From Okamejei kenojei (Eukaryota): DNA of 64,000 nt. The stretch is taken from assembly GCA_035221665.1 (NCBI GenBank), contig CM069161.1, positions 3,720,001-3,784,000 of the forward strand, written 5' to 3'. Positions 61,630 to 64,000 of this stretch are shown here, piece after piece. The position numbers and the translations under genes are program-made. Numbering within the stretch: position 1 is the first letter of the stretch; each line of letters opens with the position of its first letter. A model generated the notes under the pieces. The model worked only from the letters and a program-made list of their open reading frames with translations, searched no databases and was not told the DNA's origin.

Positions 61630-64000
61630 GGGAGTATTCTTCATTCCCTCCAATTCAATACTGTTGTTCAGTATGATTGTAGTTGATCAATGCTTAGCTT
61701 CATCTCCTTCTCTCTGCCAGATTGCCCTTGCCCTGATCTACAGGACTCCATCTAAGTTACATTAAATGTGGTAATCACAAAACTTTCCTGATGGCAAACG
61801 TTCACTTCCCGGGAATGTACTAGACACGTTCATCCACAGAGAAAACAAACTGCTGGACATTTTCCCCAACCAGCCCCATCAGGATGGTTCACAGGAGACA
61901 CAGGCCACCCGCTACTTCCCTGACTCATCACTCCAACTCCCAGGTCTCCTGCAGCTGCTGATCTCTGCTACAACCAGATCCTCTGGAGAATGTGACTGAA
62001 CTTCTGGAAATGAGACTGTGGTTCCAGCAGCTAGTCAGAGATTGCTCTGCATTGCATGTCCAGCTGGTGGGGAAGTTTTCATCATCACGGACTGTGTGCT
62101 GTAAGCTGCAAATCCTCACAATCCATGCCAAAGGAAAAGCAGGTGAGCTGGAGCCTGAGGGACCTGATGCTTAGGCTGAAGAGCAGGAACAGGCGAAGGA
62201 TGAGGAAGGCAGCTGGTGGAATTCCCAGCAGAATGCCAACAGCCTCCTCTCCCAAAATAATAGGGGAGGGAGGCATTTAGTGCCTGGGCAATAAGGGACT
62301 CTGTGACAGAAAGCCTTTTCATATAGATATTAAATCAAAGACTCCAATACAGGTAGAATTACTCTCTCTGCATATCAACACTAATCAGCCAAAAGCCCAG
62401 GTATCACCTAATCATCCCTCACATGCTTCTGTAGGACCACCTGTACTTATCATATCACTGCAATGACTGACCCCCTGATCCATTCACTGAAGTTGCTCGG
62501 TAGAACTGCTTCCAGCTGTGCTTTATCATGAGGGCATAAATCTTGCTCAAATGAGTGAACATTCTCACAGCTGGAGGGGATAGCTGGAGCCACCTCCTGC
62601 CAGACTCTTCCAAAGGATGTCTGGTGGGTGTCCTGGTTTAGGATCCTGGGCTGTAGCTCATTGATAAGAATACCGGGTCTCGCACCAAATCCAGGAGCAC
62701 TCTATATGCTTCATGTGAACTAGGAATTTCATTGCACCCTGGTGTATGTGACAATAAATTAACCTGAATCTGAATTGTCTGTTCTGATTAACGTTCTGTG
62801 GACATTAAGTACCAATATTTCAATCCTTACACCAAAAGTCTATCCTCAGATACCAAATGAGCCCACAGCACAGACTGTATTATTAGAAGATCAGACATTC
62901 CTCAAACTTGAAGCCAACTGAGAAAACTAATGCACGCCCTTCCCAACCTCTTTATCAAACAGAGACACTCTCTGTTTTTTGGAGTTAAACAGTTTCTCAC
63001 CACTTCAGGTACACGTCAGGTACGCAAACTGGGGTCAACTCAAACTCATGAGTTCTAGAATCAACAGAAATGCAGCACAGTTCCACATTGGATGTAGGGA
63101 GATTTCCCCTGGCAAAAGAAAGCCCAGCACCAGGGGCTTCTACTCAAATCCATTATATTAAAGAAAAATACCCATCTCACAAACCACTTTCTTGAACACG
63201 ATCTGGGCATCTTTGCTAGAATTCCATGTCCCAGACCCCTTCAGCTTGCTTGCCACTACCATCCTTTCAAACCACCTTGCAGAATTGATTCCACGCACTT
63301 ACCCATCACAGAAGTTAAGACTAACTGGTCTGCTCTTACTTAGTTTGTCCTTCTCTCCTTCAAACAGCACAATATCTGTGTGGAGTTTTGCATGTTCTTC
63401 TTCCCACGATTGTGTGGGGTTCCCTCCAGCTACTCCATTTCCTCCCACATCCCAAAGTCATCCTTGTCAGCTGGTAAAAGACAAGAGTATAGGGTGAGTA
63501 TAAATTGGCAAGAGTAGAAGTCAGCAAGAATATAGGGTGAGTATTAGAATGTGGAGGGAATTTCTGTGAAAATAATATGAGATTAATGCATGTGGGTGTT
63601 TGAAAGTTGGTGTGGACTTGATTAGTCTCTTTCTGTGCTGCACAATTCTATGATAATTCCCAATCCTCCAAACCACACATTTAGCTGGTAGTGACTGAAA
63701 TTTGATGCTCAGAACCTCTGTAACTTCACCTCTTACATTATATACCCATTTCTTTATTAGAGTTCAGATTTTGACTTTTATTACAACAAAGACCCTTTGC
63801 CTCTAAAACTACAGGAAACCCAAATGAATGCACAAGACCTGGGGTCCATCATTCTTGGTCAGTACAGAGATTCACAAGCTCTTCTCAAACACATGCCTTT
63901 TCCAGATGTACTGTATTGGGCAAGTGTTCTAGTATTTCTCTCCTCCTAGATTTGGAACCACCACTGTCTGTCTGAAAATAGACAATCCCTCAGAGGTTCT

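Noticed and set aside
61930-62330. GC-richer stretch with a good donor (cag|gtgagc at ~62142) and short ORFs, possibly a neighbouring gene exon such as Nsf
   Set aside because: No recognisable protein similarity in any frame and nearby stops; it cannot be supported without transcript data.

Overview
Eukaryotic genomic DNA from a cartilaginous fish, probably a skate or ray, judged from HE1/V-SINE, CR1(HER1)-like, Deu-SINE and Penelope repeats. It carries coding exons 2, 3 and 4 of Wnt3 on the + strand (25002-25243, 47928-48193, 57641-58120) with canonical GT-AG junctions, and a probable 3'UTR ending near a polyA signal at 60505. The signal-peptide exon 1 (...YPIWW) is not in the readable sequence. 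Introns are full of retroelement fragments. The least explained structures are: (i) a very abundant Penelope-derived family of short, often fold-back elements with a minimal hammerhead ribozyme core and 12-14 bp target-site duplications; (ii) a ~400 bp non-autonomous RTE-type element whose 5' end folds as an HDV-like ribozyme; (iii) an 18-copy 48-bp minisatellite born inside a CR1 LINE; (iv) large CpG-retaining domains with enhancer-like motif clusters. There are no prokaryotic-type systems, CRISPR arrays, rRNA or true tRNA genes. All calls come from reading the sequence; no searches were run.
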